The notes beneath the pieces were generated by a model, which was not told the origin of the DNA, searched no databases, and saw nothing but the letters and a program-made list of their open reading frames with translations. From contig NC_068985.1 of the NCBI RefSeq assembly GCF_001194135.2, positions 58,597,959 to 58,661,958 on the forward strand: a stretch of DNA of 64,000 nucleotides. The letters run 5' to 3'. A program made the position numbers and the translations under genes. Within the stretch, counting starts at the first letter, position 1; the number at the start of each line of letters is the position of its first letter. Below are positions 39,308 to 50,536 of the stretch, one piece after another. This stretch comes from Octopus bimaculoides. Lineage: Eukaryota.

Positions 39308-40366
39308 NNNNNNNNNNNNNNNNNNNNNNNNNNNNNNNNNNNNNNNNNNNNNNNNNNNNNNNNNNNNNNNNNNNNNNNNNNNNNNNNNNNNNNNNNNNNN
39401 NNNNNNNNNNNNNNNNNNNNNNNNNNNNNNNNNNNNNNNNNNNNNNNNNNNNNNNNNNNNNNNNNNNNNNNNNNNNNNNNNNNNNNNNNNNNNNNNNNNN
39501 NNNNNNNNNNNNNNNNNNNNNNNNNNNNNNNNNNNNNNNNNNNNNNNNNNNNNNNNNNNNNNNNNNNNNNNNNNNNNNNNNNNNNNNNNNNNNNNNNNNN
39601 NNNNNNNNNNNNNNNNNNNNNNNNNNNNNNNNNNNNNNNNNNNNNNNNNNNNNNNNNNNNNNNNNNNNNNNNNNNNNNNNNNNNNNNNNNNNNNNNNNNN
39701 NNNNNNNNNNNNNNNNNNNNNNNNNNNNNNNNNNNNNNNNNNNNNNNNNNNNNNNNNNNNNNNNNNNNNNNNNNNNNNNNNNNNNNNNNNNNNNNNNNNN
39801 NNNNNNNNNNNNNNNNNNNNNNNNNNNNNNNNNNNNNNNNNNNNNNNNNNNNNNNNNNNNNNNNNNNNNNNNNNNNNNNNNNNNNNNNNNNNNNNNNNNN
39901 NNNNNNNNNNNNNNNNNNNNNNNNNNNNNNNNNNNNNNNNNNNNNNNNNNNNNNNNNNNNNNNNNNNNNNNNNNNNNNNNNNNNNNNNNNNNNNNNNNNN
40001 NNNNNNNNNNNNNNNNNNNNNNNNNNNNNNNNNNNNNNNNNNNNNNNNNNNNNNNNNNNNNNNNNNNNNNNNNNNNNNNNNNNNNNNNNNNNNNNNNNNN
40101 NNNNNNNNNNNNNNNNNNNNNNNNNNNNNNNNNNNNNNNNNNNNNNNNNNNNNNNNNNNNNNNNNNNNNNNNNNNNNNNNNNNNNNNNNNNNNNNNNNNN
40201 NNNNNNNNNNNNNNNNNNNNNNNNNNNNNNNNNNNNNNNNNNNAGATTGGAGCCTGGTGTTGCCATCCGGTTTCACCAGTCCTCAGTCAAATCGTCCAAC
40301 CCATGCTAGCATGGAAGGCGGACGTTAAACGATGATGATGATGATGATGATATAATATATATTTAC

Positions 40367-40530
40367 TTTATTTAAAAGCAGCAGAAATATAACAAAAGGT
40401 GTTATTCAGAGATTCACTTTCCCGTTCGTCGGACAGTTTTGTTAAAAATGTTTAACAAAGGTGTCCGACGAACGGGTACGTGAACCTTTGAGTAACAGTT
40501 TTTGTAATATTTCTGCTGATTTTAAATAAA
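40367..40530. repeat. Palindrome with about 80-bp arms made of two inverted hammerhead-like units
   Basis: Arms 40379-40446 and 40451-40518 differ at 10 of 68 positions; loop AATG. The right arm plus flank recurs at 62470-62625. Confidence 0.9.
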
Positions 40531-42283
40531 GCACGTTGCTCTACCTCTGGTATGTGAGTACTCTTTGTTCAACCTTGTCTCACATTTATGTGCTTACTCT
40601 GGTATAATATATATGTATAAAATTATTTATGAAGATTGACGTAACCCTTCACGTAGAAGCATAAACAATAAGTCTCTTTTATTAATATTAGTTGTTATTA
40701 TTATTGCTANNNNNNNNNNGTATGTATATAGATATATTCAGTATTGAGTAAAAGCCTAAGGTCAGGCGTTCTGTGAAGTCGGGACAATTCTAGAGACGCA
40801 TTCGACACGAATACTGCGCTTCAGTGTCCAAGCTGAAGCTGGAATACTTGAGGTATAGAAACTTCAAGTTTCACGATGTAGGCATACAGGTACACGAATG
40901 ATAACATACGAATGATAACGTATAATAGATTTGTGTTTGATTCTTCGTGCATGATAAACTAATTTGAGCGTTTATGTTTTTGCAGATATTCAAACACAAT
41001 TTTTAATACTAGGTTTTCTTAAATTATTCAGTACGAATGAAAATGATGGCTATGCAGTGTATTTGGAAATATAACTATGGAACAAATTATAAAACTAACA
41101 ATATAGAGAGGTTCTGTAAACATATATTGTAACTTTAAAAAAGTAGATTTCTTAATGAGGTTAACCTTTTGCACATGATTTAGTATATATTTAAATATTT
41201 GTATATATATATANNNNNNNNNNNNNNNNNNNNNNNNNNNNNNNNNNNNNNNNNNNNNNNNNNNNNNNNNNNNNNNNNNNNNNNNNNNNNNNNNNNNNNN
41301 NNNNNNNNNNNNNNNNNNNNNNNNNNNNNNNNNNNNNNNNNNNNNNNNNNNNNNNNNNNNNNNNNNNNNNNNNNNNNNNNNNNNNNNNNNNNNNNNNNNN
41401 NNNNNNNNNNNNNNNNNNNNNNNNNNNNNNNNNNNNNNNNNNNNNNNNNNNNNNNNNNNNNNNNNNNNNNNNNNNNNNNNNNNNNNNNNNNNNNNNNNNN
41501 NNNNNNNNNNNNNNNNNNNNNNNNNNNNNNNNNNNNNNNNNNNNNNNNNNNNNNNNNNNNNNNNNNNNNNNNNNNNNNNNNNNNNNNNNNNNNNNNNNNN
41601 NNNNNNNNNNNNNNNNNNNNNNNNNNNNNNNNNNNNNNNNNNNNNNNNNNNNNNNNNNNNNNNNNNNNNNNNNNNNNNNNNNNNNNNNNNNNNNNNNNNN
41701 NNNNNNNNNNNNNNNNNNNNNNNNNNNNNNNNNNNNNNNNNNNNNNNNNNNNNNNNNNNNNNNNNNNNNNNNNNNNNNNNNNNNNNNNNNNNNNNNNNNN
41801 NNNNNNNNNNNNNNNNNNNNNNNNNNNNNNNNNNNNNNNNNNNNNNNNNNNNNNNNNNNNNNNNNNNNNNNNNNNNNNNNNNNNNNNNNNNNNNNNNNNN
41901 NNNNNNNNNNNNNNNNNNNNNNNNNNNNNNNNNNNNNNNNNNNNNNNNNNNNNNNNNNNNNNNNNNNNNNNNNNNNNNNNNNNNNNNNNNNNNNNNNNNN
42001 NNNNNNNNNNNNNNNNNNNNNNNNNNNNNNNNNNNNNNNNNNNNNNNNNNNNNNNNNNNNNNNNNNNNNNNNNNNNNNNNNNNNNNNNNNNNNNNNNNNN
42101 NNNNNNNNNNNNNNNNNNNNNNNNNNNNNNNNNNNNNNNNNNNNNNNNNNNNNNNNNNNNNNNNNNNNNNNNNNNNNNNNNNNNNNNNNNNNNNNNNNNN
42201 NNNNNNNNNNNNTATTATTATTTTATGTTTGACTTTTGCTTTGCATTTGTACAAGTTGTATCCAAGTCTCACCCAGATACCTC

Positions 42284-42285
<2 letters not shown>

Positions 42286-42347
<62 letters not shown>

Positions 42348-42420
42348 CAGCAATAGTAGCAGAAGAAGAAGAAGCAGCAGGAACAGCAAGAGCAGCAGTA
42401 GTTGTAATAATATTAGCAGT
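42286..42420. repeat. (TAG)n/(CAG)n microsatellite
   Basis: Direct reading. Confidence 0.95.
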
Positions 42421-42543
42421 ATTATATAATATTTGAAAATTAATCCATCAGCAGTTGCAGATACCTATTTTAAATAAATTGTTTTTTCCATATATCTCGA
42501 TACATCTCTCCCAGAACAGTACGCAACTATCCATACACACACA

Positions 42544-42604
<61 letters not shown>

Positions 42605-42628
42605 ACACACACACATATACACACATGC

Positions 42629-42667
<39 letters not shown>

Positions 42668-43071
42668 TGATTAATTATTTGGACTTGGGGTATATGTTTA
42701 GTAGTATGTTATTAAAGCACTTAAACTGCTTTAGGCTACCTAATGTCATCCATGATTATGATATAATTGTGAATGGATCTACGTCAGCGGTTGCGCAGTA
42801 TCCGTTAAGTTTGTAATTAATGAGCGGGGCGGAAAATGTAATTAGCAATAATCGTTGTTCAACACAACGATAATTTCCACTCATCCTGCATCTGTCCCTT
42901 AGCTAGTTTTATTGCATCCATCAGTGCAGGCTGCTTCCCGTTAGGTGTCATGTTTTGAATTAGATACTTCACTAAATGTACTGAGTTTTGCTTGACATGT
43001 TGTGGTCCCCTATGGGTTGTTGTGTTAAATAAAATTTCATGCTAGGTCCATTTTCCGTTTCCCACGTTCAT

Positions 43072-43131
<60 letters not shown>

Positions 43132-43132
<1 letters not shown>

Positions 43133-43190
43133 CGTATTTTATCTCCTATAAGACATACGAGTGCATAGGACGCATCCTAGCCTAGGGTAT
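43132..43190 (+). mobile_element. pogo/Tigger-like terminal inverted repeat remnant
   Basis: TA|CCGTATTTTATCTCCTATAAGACATACG..ATAGGACGCA resembles pogo-family ends; partner TIR not found. Confidence 0.4.
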
Positions 43191-43909
43191 ACTTTTGTAA
43201 AATAAATTACCACAAAAATAACGTTTTAATTCTTCCACTTACCTGTATACATTTATGTTATTACCTGTAAATATAAGCAATTTATTGCATCCACTTTCGA
43301 TATAAACATACAGTAGGCGCTTGTTCACCAATATCCGTGAGGATATTATCTACTCAATTCCTTAACTCTTGTATTTTATTCGCATACCTGGTTACGTACT
43401 GTGAAATATAAAATAATTCTTTTCTGTTTATCGTACTTCGGTACGAAAAAATCCACAATCTTCCACCTCAGTAAACAACTAATGATTCTTGAAGTTGTTC
43501 CTTTATATTTTCTACGGATTGCTTGGAGCTCACCTTCTTCCTATACCTCCAGCCTTGGAGCTTACAGATATATATATATATATACATATATNNNNNNNNN
43601 NNNNNNNNNNNNNNNNNNNNNNNNNNNNNNNNNNNNNNNNNNNNNNNNNNNNNNNNNNNNNNNNNNNNNNNNNNNNNNNNNNNNNNNNNNNNNNNNNNNN
43701 NNNNNNNNNNNNNNNNNNNNNNNNNNNNNNNNNNNNNNNNNNNNNNNNNNNNNNNNNNNNNNNNNNNNNNNNNNNNNNNNNNNNNNNNNNNNNNNNNNNN
43801 NNNNNNNNNNTATATATATATACAGAGAGAGAGGGGGCGGGGGAGAGATGCATGTCTATCGATGGATACTGGATATACAGATATAAATATAAATACCCAT
43901 ACATATTTA

Positions 43910-45050
43910 CGCGGTGAGGCTGACGGCTTCATAAGCTGACTACGAATATATGATGCTAGAGCTGTGAAATCTTGCATGTATAAGATTCAACAACTGCATT
44001 TTTTTTCCCTGGGAAACTGGTATCTTACTGTTCAAAACTAACTAGTAGCGGTTTCTCTTGAAAATGGACAAAATCTATCACCTTGGTGTTATCAGGTACC
44101 TCCAGATATAATGTTTTAGCACCCAACGTCATTCACACTACCATGGTTACTACCTTAGTAGATGACGCTCTAGCTTTATAGTCAGTTCAAATCTGAAGGG
44201 GAAAGGGAGAGTCTTAAAGATCATCTGACGTCAGAAGTCCAATATCTGCTATCTCCAAAGGAAACATTGATCGTATTCAACACATGCTGATGGATGTCTG
44301 ACGCATACGAAATTCTATTTGCGTATTCGGTGAAAGAGTTGAGAATATTCTGCTTAGTGAACTTGGCATGAAGAACATTTCTTCTCGGTGGGTGCCACGT
44401 CTTCTGACATCTGATCAGAATCGAACCAAGCTGATCACATCACGGGAATATGTGACTTTGTATGTAGTAGATCTAGTTGGTTTCATTGAACGTTTTCTAA
44501 CCCAGGATGAGTGTTGTTTTCATTACTTTGAGCCAGAGAAAAAGAGACATCTATACAATTTAAACACCTCTCGTCGCCTGCTTTAAAGAAGGCTCAGGTC
44601 GTTTTATGTGCCAGGAAGGTGATGGCGACAGCGTTTTGTGATGCAAAAGGAATTGCGTTTATTAACTTTGTTCAAAAGGGTCACACCATCAATGGAGATT
44701 ACTGTGCCAAAAGGCTGAGGCAGTTACGACATATCAAGATCAAACACCTTGAAAAGCTAACGAAAGGAGTCCTGTTTTATCAGGACAATGCTCCAGCACA
44801 CATGATCTTGGTATCAATGGCTACTGTACGTAACTGTGGCTTTGAACTAGTTGATCACCCACCCTATTCTTCTGATTTGGCCCCATCTGACTACCATCTG
44901 TTTCCAGAAATGAAACAACACTTGACTGGGAACCAGTAGCGCAGTAATGATGATTTAATATTAGCGGTTAATGACTTTTTCAACCAACTGGATTAAAACT
45001 CCGTCACCAATGAAATCCAAACACAACAACGATGGAAGAAGTGTGTGGGT
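43910..45050 (+). mobile_element. mariner transposon (DD34D), pseudogenised, 3' TIR missing
   Basis: TA at 43908-43909, ATG at 44064 (MDKIYHLGVIRYLQ), SSRWVPRLLT, FLTQDEC, QDNAPAH..HPPYSSDLAPSDY with 34 residues between the two aspartates; several stops and frameshifts. Confidence 0.93.
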
Positions 45051-45286
45051 TAAAGATAGAATTCCATCTTTAATCTCCATTTTGTCAACACACCAAATGT
45101 AAAATTCTTCCCTGAGGATTATTTTGGACCACCAAATCCATACAAACAGCTGTTGGACTCGCTAAACTCTTACACAAATCCCTTAATTCCTAATATCATT
45201 TCCAGTCTGTGTAAGTCGAACATCTTTTATATGTATACATACGTACATTTTTGTATTAAATGTTTTTTTTTTATTTGTATATGAAA

Positions 45287-45501
45287 GGCGGCGAGCTGGC
45301 CGAAACGTTAACATGCCGGGCGAAATTCTTAGCGGTATTTCGCCCGTCTTTACGTTGTGAATTCAAATTCCACCGAGGTCGACTTTGCCTTTTATCCTTT
45401 CGGGGTCGATAAAATTAAGCACCAATTGCCTACTGGGGTCGATCTAATCGACTGCCCCCTTCCTCAAAAATTTGGGTTATGTGTCTAGATTAGAAAGGAA
45501 T
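45287..45501 (+). mobile_element. SINE family 1, full length
   Basis: Colinear with 10662-10891 over the head and central domain; different 3' tail. Confidence 0.92.
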
Positions 45502-46074
45502 ATTTTTTGTATATCGACTTGCCTATCTTGCTTGTCCTTACATTTACTCCATCTGTTCAAGTTCAAATCACTTTGGCACTATATGAAGTGCATTCTATGC
45601 AGAGAATACTTGTCTCTAATCTATAAACTTTATATATACATATACATGGACATATATTCAAATATATACAGTATATACTCGAAACATAAAATACTTTCTC
45701 ACCTACCTAAGCGTCAAAATAATACACCTGTTTGTTGTTTATACACCTGTCTTCGTCTTTTGTTTTTCTGTAAATTTCAGCTATACAAATATATGTTTGT
45801 ACAGTAGTGGTAGTTCTGATAGACAAGTTCCCACTTTGCGTATTTTATTGTCTGTATTTTTATTTCTTTTTATCCTTTGTATTCTGTCTAATATAGTTAT
45901 ATATAGAGCTACAAAGACATATCAGTAATGGAATAATTCCATTAAATTTTTACATGAACCTCATTATCATTTTATAATGATAATTAGGAAATATACATAT
46001 ATAATATATAGATATATAGATATATTATTATATAACAATAATGGTGGATATATACATAATGCATAAATTTTATA

Positions 46075-46131
<57 letters not shown>

Positions 46132-46727
46132 CATTATTACCATTATTATTATTCGTTTATTGCAATTTAAATTCCAACCAATTGAAACATCACTTCCGTC
46201 AATCACAAGTAAAAATTGGAAAATTTTATGATATATTCAGTGAAAAATATAATTTGCTGAGAAAAGTTTTGGAAAATATATTCTGTGCTAAGAGAAATTA
46301 AACGTTGGGAGCTTACTAAACTATGTTAACATTATGTTTTCTCTTCTCTTTCATCGATATAACATCTCTTAGCAAATTCTTCAATGTAGTTTATAAAGTG
46401 TAAATTACCCGAATATTTTACTTTCTATGATGTATACATGTTACTCCTGCCATTGAACAGTCTTTATGATTCTTGCATCACCAGTTCAGCATTTGCTATG
46501 AAATCATGCAGTTTAAGGGTTTAAAATATGAAAGAAAATTAACTAGGATTGACGACAGTGAGATCCCAATCGTTCATAAACAGAAAATAGTGAACAGATG
46601 AAATCTCTTAATTAATTAAACGAAATTTTCTCATTATGCAGCTTCAAAAGCAACCTACTTTCACAGTTGCTTCGAGAGATATCGAGGTGATTCATCATGT
46701 GTATCGTGTAACAGGGCATAGGGATCA

Positions 46728-46930
46728 TCTATATTAATAAAAGCAAAATTCTGCCTGTCCATCTGTCCGGGACCCCAGTATCTCAATTTTCATTTGCTCT
46801 ATATAGATATATTATACCTTTTAAGAATCAGGATGGTCCCAGGATTAAAAATTTGACCTTCATTTAGTTGTTAAACATCCAGCATTGGGCTCTGATTTAA
46901 AAGCATTTGGGTTGCTATTTCTAGCAGGTA
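46728..46930 (+). mobile_element. Helitron 5' terminal segment
   Basis: A|TCTATATTAATAAAAGC; similar to 14952-15020 joined to 15550-15670. Confidence 0.6.
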
Positions 46931-47990
46931 AAGCGACTGTGAGAGGTCTCAAGGCCATAGTATTAGTGAGAAAGGTGAACAAAAGTTACCCCACTTAGCT
47001 TAGTTTTGGTAAGGAATTTAGTAGTTCTTTTATCCTTTTCAGTTATCAGAATTTAATCGAACAAATCGACACCAGTTCTTTCTTTTTTATGCCTAGTACT
47101 TATTTTATTGGCCTCTCTTACTCAACTGCAAAGTTACGTGAACTTAAACACACCAACATCAGTTATGGAAAGGAAGTGGGGGACAAACATAAATACAGAG
47201 TCATAATATACATATATATATATATATATATATANNNNNNNNNNNNNNNNNNNNNNNNNNNNNNNNNNNNNNNNNNNNNNNNNNNNNNNNNNNNNNNNNN
47301 NNNNNNNNNNNNNNNNNNNNNNNNNNNNNNNNNNNNNNNNNNNNNNNNNNNNNNNNNNNNNNNNNNNNNNNNNNNNNNNNNNNNNNNNNNNNNNNNNNNN
47401 NNNNNNNNNNNNNNNNNNNNNNNNNNNNNNNNNNNNNNNNNNNNNNNNNNNNNNNNNNNNNNNNNNNNNNNNNNNNNNNNNNNNNNNNNNNNNNNNNNNN
47501 NNNNNNNNNNNNNNNNNNNNNNNNNNNNNNNNNNNNNNNNNNNNNNNNNNNNNNNNNNNNNNNNNNNNNNNNNNNNNNNNNNNNNNNNNNNNNNNNNNNN
47601 NNNNNNNNNNNNNNNNNNNNNNNNNNNNNNNNNNNNNNNNNNNNNNNNNNNNNNNNNNNNNNNNNNNNNNNNNNNNNNNNNNNNNNNNNNNNNNNNNNNN
47701 NNNNNNNNNNNNNNNNNNNNNNNNNNNNNNNNNNNNNNNNNNNNNNNNNNNNNNNNNNNNNNNNNNNNNNNNNNNNNNNNNNNNNNNNNNNNNNNNNNNN
47801 NNNNNNNNNNNNNNNNNNNNNNNNNNNNNNNNNNNNNNNNNNNNNNNNNNNNNNNNNNNNNNNNNNNNNNNNNNNNNNNNNNNNNNNNNNNNNNNNNNNN
47901 NNNNNNNNNNNNNNNNNNNNNNNNNNNNNNNNNNNNNNNNNNNNNNNNNNNNNNNNNNNNNNNNNNNNNNNNNNNNNNNNNNNNNNNNNN

Positions 47991-48640
47991 NACTGAGTTT
48001 CTTAACTCTTGGGATCTTCCTGGAATATCTTCTCACACAATGACATTGTGCTAAAGTATTTCATTCATGCTTTTGAGAAATCTAGATCCCCCAAAGTTGT
48101 GTGATGGAACAAAGTTGATTGTCAGACAAATACATCCACATCTTTTGGGAGCAACAATCCTCACTGGACATTAAAAAGGTAACAAATGTGTTTACTCCAA
48201 AACTTCCATTGATTCCAGAAGGAATACCCTTTAAATTCAAGAGACTTTAAATTCCAACAAGAGTTAGTTTTGCAATATCAAGGACACTCACTGAAACTTG
48301 TTCGACCTCACAACATGCAGTACTGCTTTTCCCATGGTCAGCTAGATATTGGTTGTTCCAGTGGTGGAAATGGCAGCAATATTTTCATGCTCACACCAAA
48401 TGGTAAATCCCCAAATATTGTTTATCCTGTTGCTTTACAATTGTCTTCAAATGTCACAGTGACACAAAATTCTCCAAATATGATACTCTGTGATATAAAT
48501 CTGAGATGGTAGGATACCAATAAATGTTTCATTATAATTTGCTCTTTCAGTTTTGAGCCGCAGGACCAATTAGCTCTCAGCAGGAGTTAGCTTAGAAGTC
48601 CGCACTGAGTGCAGCTTTTAAGCGACTATCTCGTATACTG
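47991..48640 (+). mobile_element. Helitron 3' part: PIF1-family helicase C-terminus remnant and 3' terminal block
   Basis: EFLNSWDLPG..MLLRNLDPPKLCDGTKLIV..ATILTG..PKLPLIP..PFKFKRL..QGHSL..FSHGQLDIGCS..GKSPNIVY. Confidence 0.9.
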
Positions 48641-49076
48641 ATCTTCTTAATACAATAGAATTTGTAACTGCCACCTATGTTTCCAGCCATACAGATTTGT
48701 AGCAGCACTGAATAGCCATTTGAAAGGTCATAGACGCAATGTCAGAAATATTTATGTGCGTGCGTGTATATGTATGTATGTACACACACGCACTTATATT
48801 TATACACGTATGCACATATTTGTATATGTATATGTATATATGTATGTATNNNNNNNNNNNNNNNNNNNNNNNNNNNNNNNNNNNNNNNNNNNNNNNNNNN
48901 NNNNNNNNNNNNNNNNNNNNNNNNNNNNNNNNNNNNNNNNNNNNNNNNNNNNNNNNNNNNNNNNNNNNNNNNNNNNNNNNNNNNNNNNNNNNNNNNNNNN
49001 NNNNNNNNNNNNNNNNNNNNNNNNNNNNNNNNNNNNNNNNNNNNNNNNNNNNNNNNNNNNNNNNNNNNNNNNNNNN

Positions 49077-49109
<33 letters not shown>

Positions 49110-49221
49110 TAAGTACCAGTTAAACACTGGTGTCGACGTAATCACTCATGCCAACATTTGAGTACTTACAAACTCACATGCAAACACACACTAACATATA
49201 TACAAGACCACATGTACTCAA

Positions 49222-49282
<61 letters not shown>

Positions 49283-49821
49283 CATAAAGGGAGAGGGAGA
49301 GAGAATTGATCCATCTACATAGGCGTGGCTGTGTGGTAAAAAGTTTGTTTCCCAACCAACTGCTTCCGGTAGAACGTTGGGCAAGTACTTTCTACTATAC
49401 TCTCGGGCCGACAAGGCGTTGTTGAAGCATGGCTGCAGTTAAATCTGTTTGGCTCTCTGTCTATCTGTCTGAGCTGGTACATATGTATGTATGTATGTAT
49501 GCATGCGCGTGCGTGATTTGGTAGGTAAGAATGTGTGTATTCAATAGAAAAGACATGAAATACTGACAAGCTAGATATTAATATTTAGAAGAAAAAGATT
49601 ATGTTAATTTTTTTTTCTACAAGTTAATTTGTACTGTGCTAAAAACGTTTTGTCTAAACCTTGAGATTAATGTTAAATTGTTTTTAGGGATAACTTTATA
49701 AGAAACAATGTTTAAGGCATGCGTGTGTGTGTGTGTAGTTGTGCGCGTGCGTGTGTGTGCCTGTGTCTGTGTCTAAATCCACGTGTCCAACCATATGTAT
49801 ATAAACATATACATATATATT

Positions 49822-49867
<46 letters not shown>

Positions 49868-50261
49868 GGCGTAGGAGTGGTTGTGTGGTAAGTTTAAGTT
49901 GCTTCCTTACGAAACACGTGGTTACAGGTTCAGTCTCACTGCGTGACACCTTGTTCAAGTGTCTTCTACTATAGCCTCGTGAGTGGATTTGGTAGACGGA
50001 AACTGAAAGAAGCCCGTTGTATATATGTATATATATATATGTAGATGTATGTGTGTATATGTTTGCGTGTTTGTGTTCGTCCCCACAACATCGCTTAACA
50101 ACCGATGCTGGTGTATTTACCTCTCTGTAACTTAGCGGTTCGGCAAAAGATAGAATAAGTACTAGTCTTACAAAGAATAAGTCCTGGGGCCGATTTGTTC
50201 GACTAAAGGCGGTGCTCCAGCATGGTCACAGTCAAATGGCTGAAACAAGTAAAAGAGTAAA
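49868..50261 (+). mobile_element. SINE family 2, near-complete
   Basis: tRNA-like head (TGGTTGTGTGGTAAG, GGTTCAGTCTC), CCTTGTTCAAGTGTCTTCTACTATAGC, internal (TA)/(TG), tail GGTGCTCCAGCATGGTCACAGTC..GAAACAAGTAAAAGA. Other pieces at 4150-4430, 47050-47200, 49318-49440, 51100-51245, 58900-59100. Confidence 0.9.
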
Positions 50262-50274
50262 ATAGTATATATAT

Positions 50275-50348
<74 letters not shown>

Positions 50349-50504
50349 TCACACACACACACAGCTTTGGTCTTTTATCTCATTACGAAAAGTAAATCTT
50401 TATATACATATATATATATATATATATATAATATATATATAACCACATGGGAATCGTTGTCGATATTTTTACTCTGTCTTCCTTTTCTATTGGACTTTCC
50501 ATAT

Positions 50505-50536
50505 GTTTCTGAAGATCTTTGCTCGTAACGTAAAAC
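50505..50536 (+). ncRNA. Degenerate minimal hammerhead motif
   Basis: GTTT-CTGAAGA-(stem II 5' arm lost)-GCTC-GTAA-C-GTA-AAAC; same repeat family as 14690. Confidence 0.5.
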
